A stretch of DNA of 63,958 nt, counting the filler, from Phoronis australis (taxonomy: Eukaryota > Animalia > Phoronida), in assembly GCA_002633005.1 (NCBI GenBank). It is 7 parts of 7 records of this genome, joined end to end, with 100 filler letters (N's around TTAATTAATTAA, not from the genome) between each part and the next. Parts side by side here need not be neighbours in the genome. Positions count along the whole stretch, not along the records: positions 1 to 30,867 come from NMRA01001014.1; 6 more parts are not named here. One strand, written 5' to 3'. Shown in pieces: positions 12,804 through 25,400 of the stretch. Under the pieces are notes generated by a model. It worked only from the letters and a program-made list of their open reading frames with translations, had not been told where the DNA came from and made no database searches. The position numbers and the translations under genes were made by a program. The first letter of the stretch is position 1. Each line of letters opens with the position of its first letter.

Positions 12804-14291
12804 GAGTGTCCCATTCGTAACTCCAGGGTGTTCGAGACGTTTTACGCAATTCCTTGTTATTTTTCGTGATTCACTTCCGTCCTTTGAAGGAGGTTCACAT
12901 TAAAGAAGAAAAACAATGAAGTTGGTATAATATCTTTATTACCCGGGTATATTGTGGTGCCCGCTAGCTACGTTGTGGTAATTAAATTTTCATCAAAGAA
13001 TGCCCATAGCAAATAGAGCTGACTGTAACCCGAGCAGTAGACTTAATGAAACGAGGAATACAGTTCAAACGTTTAAGTTATTATTGCCTATTGACTGATA
13101 CTTTGTCCATGCATTGATGTATTTAGTTCTGGTGCTTGCAGCAACTGCAAGCCACAAAATAATTTTTCCGAATAAGTGGATCAGTTTACTGATGCATTTT
13201 TCAACACCAAACAATCAGAATGTTTGAATGCTGTTATCCAACCTCTTTGAATGTGCGATTGTTACTTCGTTCTCTTTATAAGTGAGAAGCTATGTTACGT
13301 GATCTTTTCACAGTGCTACTTCGTCGAACCATTTGAAGACTCACGCTGAAACATTTCGCATATGGCTGCACCTCAGAGATTCCCCGGGTCAATCAGCTAA
13401 GACATCTGATTGGCCTGTATGTCATCGAGAAACAATCAAGGCTGCGTCCCGTAAATTCAAAGTTACATGTAGCTTGCTAGTGAGGGGGAAATCTAGGATA
13501 ATGGAACGGAAGCAATGAATTCTATCCTATAAGTTATAAAAGTTATAAATGCAATCCTTTAATTAAACATTCCAACCTCACCGACCAGTCACTTCAGTCG
13601 CCGTTATTTTACCTAGGATGAGTTAGTAAGCTCGTGAGTATACCCGCGAAACATTTGTCTTTCGTTCGATTGAATTTGTGTGGTTTTGCATGATCTCGCA
13701 TTTCTCGCGAGAAACGTGGTCTACACAACACTGTCCAAATTTCTTAGCCCGCGTGCGCTCTTCAGACGCGAGAGCCTCACGAATAAAAATGCACGAAATG
13801 GAGATTCAAAAATATACCACGGAGAGATGGGGCAAAACTTTACCAGTAAGAAATACTACGAAACTGGAGGGTCGGAGGCGGAAAAACAAGTTTTGTAGAC
13901 TGACCAGAAACTCAATTTGATCGTCTGAGTGCAGACAAGCTAATGAAGTTCAGTGAACTTCCGGATGGAACAAAGGACTATTACGTAAAGCTGTGAAGAA
14001 ATAAATCACAGTGACGATATACACAGGGACGAACAACTGTAAAATGATGGACGGAGGGAAATACTCTGTAATAAATACATTTAATTAAAATTAAAAATTT
14101 CATTTATCTAGGGTAATATGTACATGTACAACATAGAACAACATAAACATACAGTTTTTTGGTGCATTGTCGTTATTGCTATAAAAAGTCTCATAAACTG
14201 CTGATTTAGAAAGCAGTTTCTGAACGTCGGACACCGTTACCCGTTTGAAAAACAAGTACATAAAATCTTATTTATTTGGATTGAGAGCGTA

Positions 14292-16290
14292 CAGACCCTA
14301 TTCACGCCGACAGGAGGCGCGTTCCAAAACGAGGCTCGCTACGATAGCTCTGGTGGCTTATCCGCGTAGTTGTACTCCGCGGTGCTCGACAGCTAGAAAA
14401 AATACGGACACTCTGTATTACAATCCCTAAGGACGTTGGGATTCGGAAGCGTTGGGTCCTTGCCATGTGCCGCGACGAAGGAAAATATGTCCGTGTAAAA
14501 TTTATAACTGTTTTCGAATCATAATTTGTCGCATCTCGACTGGATGCCGCCATAGCAACGTGAGGACCGGAGAATCTTCGGCCAGCCAGGCTGTGTTTCC
14601 ATGACTATGGGTTGAAGCGCGATGCATTTTTCTTTACAAAAAGGAAAGGGCCCTCAATCCCTCAATTTTGGGGCCAAATATCGGCCCTATATTCCCCTCT
14701 CAAAAATATTGAAAAATCACGCGAAATTCCCGGTCACGAGGCCTAAAAATCCTCTTACGGTGATTGAAAATCTCTCTCCAACGGTTCAAATCACCTGTGA
14801 CCACAGAGGTGACAATTTGAAAAAGTACAAAATCGTAGGCGGATTTTGGGGGAGGGCAGGGCCCCCTCCCCTCCCCCTTTGACTGCCGCAAGCCGCAAAT
14901 AAACCATCAAAACGTGAAGCGGGAGGAAACTTAGTTCGAGCTAGGACCGGTAGCGGGGAAGGGGGAAAACACGTTCCGTTTTATTTTTTAGTCCAACGAC
15001 AGATTTCCTGAGCAGAAGGTATACATCCTCGGCACCCGCAACTTCCGGGCCACCTGCGTGCATACAATCGCGCTTTGCCCGCTTCTCCGAGGATGATGTC
15101 GGCCCCCCGGCCCCGCCCCTCGATCATTAGGCCTATATGGTATCCTAGATCAGCCAATGAAAATGTTACTTGAGACAGAGCTATGAGAGCTTGCAAAAGG
15201 GCTGGGTGCTATTGATGGTGATCGGGAGGCTGAGAGTTTTCACTGACCCGTCACTCGGTGAAACGTTCCCCAGAAGGCCGCACACACATGAGGAACCTTT
15301 CCCCTCGGATATGAACGAGGCCTCTGAAGAAACATGATAACTGCTTATTCCAGGGGGATCCAGGACTTTGAGTTGGGGGGGGCAAGGCAGAGTATTAGCC
15401 AGGATTTTGCCCGTCAGAAATTCGCGCTCCGGAACTGCCAAATGGAATCTGGGAGAATATTAGGGGGTGGCTGGGGCATAGCCCCTTGGCTCCCCTCTAA
15501 ATCCGCCACTGTGTTCTGTCCAGTTAACTGAAATTGAGCCCTATGCTTTGGACGAAAGAATTATATAGGTGTTTTAATTTTAAAATTCAACTTGGTCGAG
15601 ATTGATTTTGAAAAATATAACATATGAAATAGACGTAATTATTAAAACCAAGAAAGCTGAGTTGATGGTCATATAATTTATATTTTCAATTGCGAGCCTA
15701 GTTTTTTACCGTAATCAAAATATATATTTAATAACATCAAGTATTATTTCAGATCAATGACAAATCAACTGTTAGTCCCGGTAGTGGCTACCTCACCATT
15801 ACCTAGGCTATGCTTGAAGCTAATAGGCCTACTCTTGATCAACAAATTAAACCAGATGAGACTAATTGCACATGACAGCAAAATGAGCCACCACTGTCGA
15901 ATATATCTTCAACTCGTCAACAATACGACCAGATGACCTGGTTCGTGTAGAAAGCATTTTTATCAAGAATTTATTAGAAGAAACGTAACCCTGCATTCAG
16001 CATGATACCTAATCCGTAACACTACGATCGCCGCAATTTGGTCATGATTACTTTTCATGTTTTCCGGAAAAAATTATATCCTTTCGTCAGACAACTCTTT
16101 GGTGCATTGACTTGTTCTTTAACTGTATTTTTCTACGTCTCTGTGGTTAATTATTGACATTTTTTAAGATTTAATATTCAGGTTGGACTCCAAAGACCGG
16201 CCATTTAACTCACACAAAGTAAGTTTCCGCTTTGTTTATCGCAGTGAGCCTCGCTTTGGATTTTAATGTCCGCCGCGTGAATAAAGTATA
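14292..16290. mobile_element. Unclassified non-autonomous TIR element (about 2 kb) inserted in duplication copy B
   Basis: Inverted ends tattcacgccg...ccaaaacgaggctcgctacgata / tatcgcagtgagcctcgctttgga...gcgtgaata. Absent from copy A at about 6200. Confidence 0.7.
15351..15511. mobile_element. hAT-like MITE (CAGGGGCGGA/CAGTGGCGGA family)
   Basis: cagggggatccagg...aaatccgccactg. Flanks TATTC/TGTTC. Relatives at about 2725, 14835, 28446-28679, 29000-29368, 33135, 45925, 46905, 59434 and 60973. Confidence 0.65.
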
Positions 16291-16917
16291 TACTTACGTG
16301 TAGTATCAAATTTGGATTAGCAATGGACTTTGCACAGAATGCTGATAAAAATATGTTGTTACCGGCATATATTTAAAGAAAAGTAGTACGTGAGTAGTAA
16401 TCCATTCATATCCACACAAAACCCATTAGCTCTTTGAATATGCCTTTGACGTTGTTTATGCAAGTGGCTGTGGACTTTATTACTTGAGAAGTTATACATG
16501 AAACACCAGCAACCGTTATCAAAGAGAAATAACGTCGAGAGACTTTATACAAAGTGTGCACCACTGGCAGTTATTTAGATTATATTTTAAAATCGACATA
16601 TGTATAGCCAATTAATCACATATTGCCGTTTTACAATGTATTTATTAATAACAGGATGTTCAACCCTTATTTTTCAGTGCTTTGTAATAATTATATTTTT
16701 ACAAATAGTTTGCATCCAGTTCAAACATGCTCGTGTTTTGAATCCTTCAGCATTTAGCGTTTCAACCTTCTTAGTTAAAACGGCACCACTCTACCGAGGT
16801 ACTTTGATTCAGCTTGAAATGGAATTGCGTCATCATTGACCTCGTGCAGACACGCTTGTTCGATACAAAATTCGTCCATTTCCGTTTGACGTTATCGTGT
16901 ACCTATATTAATACATT

Positions 16918-17073
16918 TTCCGTTAAAGACACGACTAGAATTTTTGTTAGCGAGCTTGATAGTGGTACGTTCGTAATTTCATACCTGCACACCCGAAGAA
17001 AGGAGACTGTTCCGAAATTACGAACGTACCAGTATTAAGCTCGCTAGTAAAAGTCTAGTCGTGTCTTTAACGA
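16918..17073. mobile_element. Small hairpin MITE
   Basis: cgttaaagacacgactaga...tctagtcgtgtctttaacg forms a near-perfect inverted repeat of about 60 bp. Largely absent from copy A. Confidence 0.7.
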
Positions 17074-18082
17074 AGTTTCTGTAAACGAAGGGCTACTACC
17101 AAACTATACTACATTTTTGTACAACATAATGTCGTATGGAAAATGACAGATTGTATCGAATGAACGTGCATGAAGAGTAACTGAGTGTTTTAAAGACATT
17201 TCCAATAACCCATCGAAAAAAACAGTACAATTTAACAGACTGTTTTGACGCTAAAGCAACGGGAATTGAATGATGCAAACTGGACCTTTCACTTTTCTCG
17301 CATAGCAGCGTTCATGGAATCGTTGATCACTCAAAATGAAAGGTTTCTAAGCTCAAATAACACCGCTATTATAGCTTTTTTTCTAATTTAACTCTCTGCT
17401 ATTTGGCTTGTAAGTAAACAAAACGCTTAAATTTTGTAGGGCTATTTAAAGGGGCATTATCTTTTCTGGCACAGCTAGAAGAACGCAATTCTGACATTAT
17501 TATTGAATGGGATTTCTTGAAATTAGTAGCTTGACCAAAGCTGTAAAACAAAATCCGTTGTCCTTTTTATGGTTGTATTACAAATTTCCGCTTCTCGCCG
17601 TTCTCTACCAGACATTCACTACTATAACATTACAATTTTAGGACTCCTGAACAAGCGCTGCAAACCCGTCACAAAATGTTGCGAGAAGAGGTATTGAAGT
17701 TTTGGTGTGATCTTATGACCCCGAGTGTGTCTTTTGATCACACGATGGTGCGCGTGCACAGGGTCAAAAGTGTCATGGAGAGGTGTTTTCGTAAACATAG
17801 AAAGAAAACAGGGATTGCTTACATCTCAAAAATTCACCAATAACCCGACTTTTTCGGATTTTGATATTTGGACGTACAGAGCTAGGTTGCATGCAAGTAA
17901 AATGAGGTCGGAAACGTAAAATAGGCATGAAGTAAGGAGACCGTACCAGGGTTTCCCCTGCGTGTAAACCTCTGGGCGGCCCGCCACGCTCCTTTTTGGC
18001 CCCGCCACTCATAAATCATACTCAAATTGACCGCCACATACCTAATCATGACGGAAAACTTCACCTCCACGCAAAAATCGAT

Positions 18083-18185
18083 ACTAAAAATGATCGCTAC
18101 TAAAAATGATCGCTAGTAAAAATGATCGCTAGTAAAATGAATCTCTAATAAAAATAATCGCTAGTAAAAATGATCGCTAGTAATA
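18083..18185. repeat. 16-bp tandem repeat (about 6 copies)
   Basis: Unit AAAAATGATCGCTA(G/C)T. Confidence 0.9.
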
Positions 18186-20815
18186 ACGAATAAGTACAAG
18201 TCACACGGCACCTTTCGCTGTTTGTGGATCGAAAGGGAAAAATAACAATTTTACCATGGGATCTTGAACTGTGCCCCCGTTAAACACAGTCATTCAACCC
18301 CCAATCTCCTTTCGTACCTCGTGTCTGCCTGATTATACGACAATGCATATAAATTTAATATAGCCGGGGACCAGGCAACGACTTCGATACGAATTTTCTA
18401 AAATGGGAAAGCGCCTGGGATCGCTAATACTAAGAAACAGAAAGATTTCAGCTTCATTCATTTTATCGTGTCCGAGTTTACAAAAGACATTGTGAATTAT
18501 GCTGCAGGGCGTGATATCCAACTGTTTAATCAACCATAGCCCTGCGCCAAAATGACGATAGGCCCTATTGAATGTTAACCTGTCTCAGATTCGTCTGCAT
18601 GGACTGGATTATACATCGTCTGCTACGCCGGCCAACGCCAATCCACTATCACTGATTTATGTTTAGCAAGACGGTATCAACGGAAGTTTTGTTACACGAA
18701 TTAGTTTATTATGTCTACAAATTTCAAATATTTTTGTTCTATATTCGTCACTTCGTGGATAACTGAATTTTAACACTGTTTTTGTACTCAAGTGGGACCA
18801 TAGATATTAGTAAAGAGATTCGGTCTCATGGCTAAGCATAGTAACGAAGGTGAACTTTGGTTTTTATTTCGAGCACGTCAAGCAAATTTTTTTAATTTGA
18901 AATTAATTTGTTGTGTTTAATGCAAACTAAATCGCGTATGTGAGCCATTCAAGTCGGATTATTGCTACGAAACGTGTCGGAATTAACTTGACAAGTTGTT
19001 GATCGGCCCGCCTGCTGGCACAGTTCAACACAAGAATCGAGGAGTTTGGTCCAATGAAAAGGTTGAGTTAATTAGATAATTCTTCTCATTTAGTTGAATT
19101 TTCAGTCGTTTACGATGACATTTAGTTTGAGTTTTGTAATTTTATAGGAATTTTGGTTAGACCTAAATGCAACTTGTTTTCTCATCTGTCACTACGTCTC
19201 CGTTGTCAGTGCCTGCATAGGCATAGGCCTACATGTACCGTAGCCCACGCGTCGTAGCCTAGCCCCAGCTATCCACTTGCTAATAGGGTTTATCCTTCTG
19301 TGACGAATTTGACTTGCCTACATGTGGGCTACTATATGTCAATTGACCCCTCTCGATGCTTACATTCCAAAAATGTCTGTGACATCTACTTATTTCTTTG
19401 TTTTTTCGTCACGCGTATTCACACAAATATTGAGTTTTTCCACGATTTACAGGACAAGGTAAAGACATGGCATCCTGGAATGTTGATTTGGAGGCAATGT
19501 TTTCGCCATTAGTAAGTGTATGTCATAATAAGCATAAATTACTGCTCAAGGTGATGCTGTTATTTTAAGCATCTGTACATTCTGAGGTGAACTAGCCCTG
19601 CCCTGGTTCTCTTGGAAAGCGATGCTCACCATTGATGACATTACCCCTGTTGGACATTTGAAAAACCACTGGATTGCTTCAATTTTGGAAACCACTCTTA
19701 TAAATACTCTATGCTGATGCTCAAGCTACTGAATGTCCTTTATGAATCTTCAAGCAAAATAAATCAAGAGGAAATTGTACAATATCAAGATTGGTAGAGA
19801 AACTCTATTTTGGAAGAAAGTGTTTTTGTATTTCTCATAAATGTATAGAATACTTCATAAAACTTAATTCGATTATATATTTGTGTTGCCAGTCTTCACT
19901 TAAACAATTGTAAAGTAAGGCAGGAGAATCCCAGACCTCTGTTATTTACTCATTGGAACTGGGAAAATAAAAAAATAAACGTTTGTTTTGTGCTGTGCTG
20001 TCTTTCACTGTTATTAAAAGATTTGGTGTCATTCCAGGAAAGAAATCTGTTGGTAGCAAGCGTAAATTGCACTCTGACAAACTATTATATAGTAAAATTG
20101 GTGTTCTTTAACCTATAATAATGAACAGTGTACATGTTTCTACCACAAGGGCAACTGTGTCTCATTCAGGTAAAAATCGAAAAGACAGATATCCAGGAGG
20201 TAATTTCTTTCCTGGATCACCACTGCATGGCCATTCAAGAAGTCTTGGCAGTATTGCAAGATACATGTGGCTTTGTTTATCTGTTTAGCTAACTATACAC
20301 AAAGCTCATGAAGGAACGAGATGCGGTCTTTCTCTAAGCAACTAGACATTATATTTCTATCAGAGTACATGCAAAATATCTGATAACCACTGAAAACCAC
20401 TGAAACCGCAACTGACAGAACTTCTATCGAATTATAAGCATTTCATTCTTCCCCTCATGTTCTCTAATTTTCAGTTGTTTATTAGTATTTTGCATCCGTT
20501 GGTGTTTTTATTTCATGTTATTATGTGATATTTTTTACATGTAAAATTATAAGAAACCATTTTAAACTATATTCCCTTCACTGTGCCAGAAATACAAATA
20601 ATTTAAACATTGCAATGTTTAAGTTTCATTACAAACACAGAATATTTGTTGGCAAACTTCAAAGTAAAAAAATGCTAAATAAAAATAGCAGTGCTAACTG
20701 AATCTTTCACATTTTGGCTTCTTCATAGAAGAGTCCTGGGAGAAGATTTTATTTTCACAATCTCAGGTTGGATACAAAACTTTTAGATCCTCATTACCTT
20801 ACAGCTATTCCATTA

Positions 20816-21328
20816 TCCCATACGCGTTGAATCTGTCGAGGGATAGGTCAATGTCGAATTGGCGTCTTCAGCCGGTTCGATCATCAAACTTTCCGAATAT
20901 AGTTTTAAGTAATACAGTTGCAGCAGTGTAACTAACACTCGACATGCAATCAGGCCCTTGACGTAAAATCTGGAACAAAACTGCTACTTATATGATACTT
21001 ATGTCTCAATTTTCAAGTGCTGAATACTATATCATCTGCAACTCAGGCGCCGATTCGTAGTAAACTACAGTATCAAATATTGTTTTTTAAATTTCCACGA
21101 GATGTTACAAGTTCACTGCTCAGTTGCCGTTGTTTTCATCCTTGCTACCTCTCTTCAAGAAATAAAGCGTTACTTTTAAAACTGTTTCTTTTACAGGAGA
21201 AAACTTGCAACCTAACGCGCAAGTACATACATGTAGGATGTGATCCGCCATGTGAACAGTCTGGGTCAAGTATTAAAAAATCTGCCGAAAAAAATTAAGA
21301 AACTTAGGAATTCGAAGCGTATGGGATG
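20816..21328. mobile_element. Short-TIR insertion
   Basis: Inverted ends atcccatacgc / gcgtatgggat. Confidence 0.4.
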
Positions 21329-21329
21329 A

Positions 21330-21465
21330 ATACAAAACGTACCTCGATTGGCGTACATGAAGTAATATACCACCCTACCTTATTCCTTCGGTCTCGGTCG
21401 ATACGTGGAATAATGTCTCGTGGAATATTACTTCATGTACACCAGTCGAGGTACGTTTTGTGTAT
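21330..21465. mobile_element. Hairpin MITE
   Basis: caaaacgtacctcgattggcgtacatgaagtaata / tattacttcatgtacaccagtcgaggtacgttttg, an inverted repeat of about 40 bp. Confidence 0.75.
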
Positions 21466-21502
21466 GTATTTGTGACATTTACATCCTATCCTTTTTATTT
21501 AG

Positions 21503-22266
21503 AGCATGTACAGAAGTCTCTGAAGGAATTAGCCTCACACATTCAAAGATTAAGGTACAAAGATTTGTCCAAGGACAGAAGTCTCAGCTCATTTCACACC
21601 GCTCTCCCAACGTTCTCAATTCCGGGTCTTTCACCTGATATCTCTCGTTTGGCTGCTCAAGTTATATTTGATTCCAAGTTAACTCGCTTGTTTCATGATG
21701 AGCCTCCTTCTAGTTCTATGCTTCACTCTTCTGTTACTGAAACGGATCAAGATATCCTTTGTTATGTGTTTGGCTCAGTTATAACTAAGTTTTAACTTAA
21801 AAGTAGCAAATACGTTTGTAATCCAGATAAGGTTTCAGTTCTTAACTCTTTGAAATTAGCTACTTCAGAAAATGCACTTCCCCACAACAAGTTGACTTCT
21901 GTCAAGGACAGAGGGGGTCTTGTGCATGTCACAACGGAAGCTATGCTGTTTGTGAGTAAGGTTGAGGCATGTTTCAGAGAATTTGTCCAGGAGCGAAAAC
22001 TTGTCAATAAGGAGGGCTTTTTTGAATTTTGTTCACGTCAGTTACATGACTTGTTTTTAAGTTGTGTCTCACATTTGGGTGTAGAAATCGATACTGTTAA
22101 AGGTGTTTTTGAAGACATCGTCAAGCTGTTTTTCAAAATTCGCGTTCATCACAGAGCCAAGGTGTGCATCAACAATCACAAACAGAAAAGTTTGAGAAAA
22201 TCATTGGAGGCAAAACGCAACTTAACATATAATCATATATGTACACAACACGACAAGAATTACTGA
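21503..22266 (+). pseudogene. Terminal exon of a second gene encoding a P-transposase C-terminal-domain-like protein (one in-frame stop)
   Basis: ttttatttag acceptor. ORFs 21460-21795 and 21850-22266 are in the same frame, separated by one TAA. Motifs CYVFGSVITKF...SVKDRGGLVHVT...VEACF...LFFKIRVHHRAK parallel the Drosophila P transposase C-terminus (YIAGYVIKKL...SHGGLIKPS...LECIF...FYFKIRIYFRIK, recalled from memory). Possible upstream exons at 19453-19511 and about 20170-20290. Confidence 0.65.
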
Positions 22267-22456
22267 CCAAATACCAAATTTTCTAGAGGTTCTAACTTTG
22301 TTAGGGATGCACACAATTTTGTTTGTTGGTAGTTATGACATTTAAGTTGGATCACAGTCAAGAATCATTTTCCTGCTATGACATTTTGTGAAGAAATAAT
22401 TAAAACTTTTCACTTGTGAGTCAAAAATGAAGCTAATCATATCTGCGAACTCACTA

Positions 22457-25400
22457 TTAGTCTAGTACTTTCTTTTCTTCATAGGAGGAGTTCGTGATAT
22501 TGCCACGCGTGGAGTTAACCCTTTGTGCTGCCACGAGGATTTATTAGATTGGCAATTTCATGCTGTAGTCGCAGATTGTTGTTTTGGTACCTGAAACATG
22601 TCCGTAAATGATAAACTCTGTTACAAGTCTCGTTATACCTAAAAATAAGAATTGCCTATAAAACAGTTTCAATGCTTTTGTCTTTGTGTGGCTGGGTAGG
22701 TAACATATTCTTTTGCACATTGTGGTTATTTTCTTAGGCCACACTGATTTGGATACTTGGAGGAAATCTGCATGTAGGTTGCATTAGTTACTTCACTAAA
22801 ACTTACATAACAAGTCGATTTCACATTGAACTGATACATTTGGTGTACACAATTATGTGACAGCATCCTCACCCGAATTCAAACAAGGATGGGTTGTCAC
22901 TTCGCCTCCCAAGAGACCTGTGCTGCCCAAATCTCTCCTCAAGGGGATCTTGACACAGCCGGTTGGTGAATACTTTTTGTACACCCCTTCCTCGCAGGAA
23001 CTTAGCGATACTGACGACGGAATTTACTGGAAAAAGATTTGAACATTGTAGTTGTAAGTGCATTAGTAAAGGTCAACTGTTCTAAGTCTGTCTTCCTTCA
23101 AAGGGTAACTTTTAATATAGGATAATGATCATTGCTTGTTCGTGCTCATGTTACAGGTGATAAAACGGTTTTGTTATTTGGGCTTGAAAAAATCGCTATA
23201 GCTTGAGACTTGGGGTCAAAAAGTTATTGCAGCTTTTCATTCACTTTGTCGATTAGGTTCTCAACTCCTTAAATCGCTCCTCATCTTAGAAAACAAAAGG
23301 TCCGCAGGCAGAACCTCATCTGAAATCCAGGCCAATCTCAACTCTGATTCAGCAATCATTTCAGATTGGCTTGTACTCAATAAATTATCCTTAACTGAAA
23401 ACCCTTTTAATGCTATCATTCTACCTCACCTAGATTATTGCCTCCCGGTGTGGGGCGTTGCATCAGGCAAGGATGTGAAAACCATCCAGGTTATCCAAAA
23501 TAAGGCTGCCCGGATTATACAAGGAAACTGGTGTTAGAGATATTAACATTGAAAACCTTTATAAAGAGACTGGAACAATGAAAATTCACACAAGACACCA
23601 ATTCCGATCTGCTTGTTGTACGTAAAATGTTTTAAAGATCTTGTTTCAACATACTTATATGCTGAGTTTAAGATGACTACTAATCGCTACAATACTAGGT
23701 CCTCATCATCATCAAATTTAAATATTCGTAAAGGCAGAAACGAAACTGGGAAAAGTCGTTTTCCTACAGCGGGCCCTATTTATGGAACACTCTCCCTGCA
23801 GATGCCAAATCTACATCATCCTTTATAACCTTGAAAGGAATTATAAGAAATAGATTTAACTTCATGTAGTGTGTAAGAGTGCATGTGTATACATGCGTGT
23901 ATATTTATATGTCTCACTTTTATTAATTATTTATTGTATGTTTTTAATTATTTATATTTATATTTTAGTTCATTATCTTGTCTTAATTTCTTTATCTTCT
24001 GTTTATCATATTTTATTTTTTATTTTGTTTCATCAGTCTTTTCCTGTTATTTTCTTACTATTTGATTATTATTTAACTATTGTATTTCATTTTGTAATTC
24101 TGTTTTTGTCTTACTATCTATTTGTTTTTACTTTAGGGCCCCCATGGAAAGCAGTGTGAACTGATGGGGCAAATATGGGGTAAATATTGCATTAATAAAT
24201 AAATTAATTAATAAATCATTTTTATTTTTTACAACCATTCGGCAAAATCAAGTTGTTTACTGACTTACGGCAGGTTAATAGCAACTTATGTTAGTACACA
24301 AAGTAATTTGTTTTTGGCAACAGTGTCGTCTTGACAGTGACGCAATTGTAATTGTTCGGTTACTTTCATTCCTGTCTTTCATCAACAGTGCTATGAGGTA
24401 TCGTTGTCTAAAAAAGCATGCGAGTCCTTACTTGTAGTTACCAATCCCTTGTATGTCTGTTTGGACAGAAACATGCGCGCTTTTTTCCGTCTTACTAAAG
24501 CCCTGTCTTCCCTCTACCCTTCTTTTCCAATAGTCCAGCCACCCCAGAAATTCGACTAGAAGAAACTGAAGGAAAAAGAATGAGATGCATTTCACAACAG
24601 ACAAACGTTGGTCTTTCCTATACAATTGAAAATTCTATCACATCCGACACGTTTGCTTTGCTCCCATTTTGAACAGTGTAGTTTGTCTCTACTCAGGCTT
24701 ATTTTGCCTTATCGTCTTATTTTTAATCGGAATCAGTTTGGTTTTAAGTGAACTATTGGGCATACCTCAAACCGAGGGTCGTCAAGACTGGTGTATGGTA
24801 ATAGATCTGGTTTTCGCTTTCTGAGGTCTTCTCCAACGGAACAAACATTGAGGCAGTCGAACACACGATCAAACATTCGCAAATACTTTGAAGTCTCGCT
24901 GGCTTCTGGTCCGACATAAGCCTCCATGACGGTCGCCACTGAATCGCTTATTGCTTAGAAAAATAAATCGTATTAGCTATGAAACCATTTGCTAGTTTTC
25001 TTAAAGCCTGTGATAGTACGTTACCCTCTAACAGTGTATGTGTGTAATCCCCGAACTGAACTTCGAAATCAATGCTGCTGTACAATGTACATGCAATTAA
25101 ACTGTAAATAAAAGATTTAATGCATAAGACAAACCTAAACGTTGAGGTTGTTGACTAATACCCACCTCAGCCGCTAAAGGCATCCTCATCATTGTGTATG
25201 AAGTTAGTTCCACATGAGCCAAGGTGAGTTTGGTGCGCTTGAGTTCCTGATGCTGGTCCAGCCTGTACACAGACTTAACGTGATCCCATAACATGGGCTT
25301 CCCATTCTGCAAAAATAAACTCTGAATGGAATTGGAGTTTTTATCACTTGAGGGTGTATAGTCATACAGCCGGTTAGATTCATAATAAGCACTCCATTTA

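Larger units (their letters stand above)
13030..17715 (+). repeat. Copy B of the local segmental duplication
   Basis: Same blocks in the same order as 1-7695, with different transposon insertions. Confidence 0.85.
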
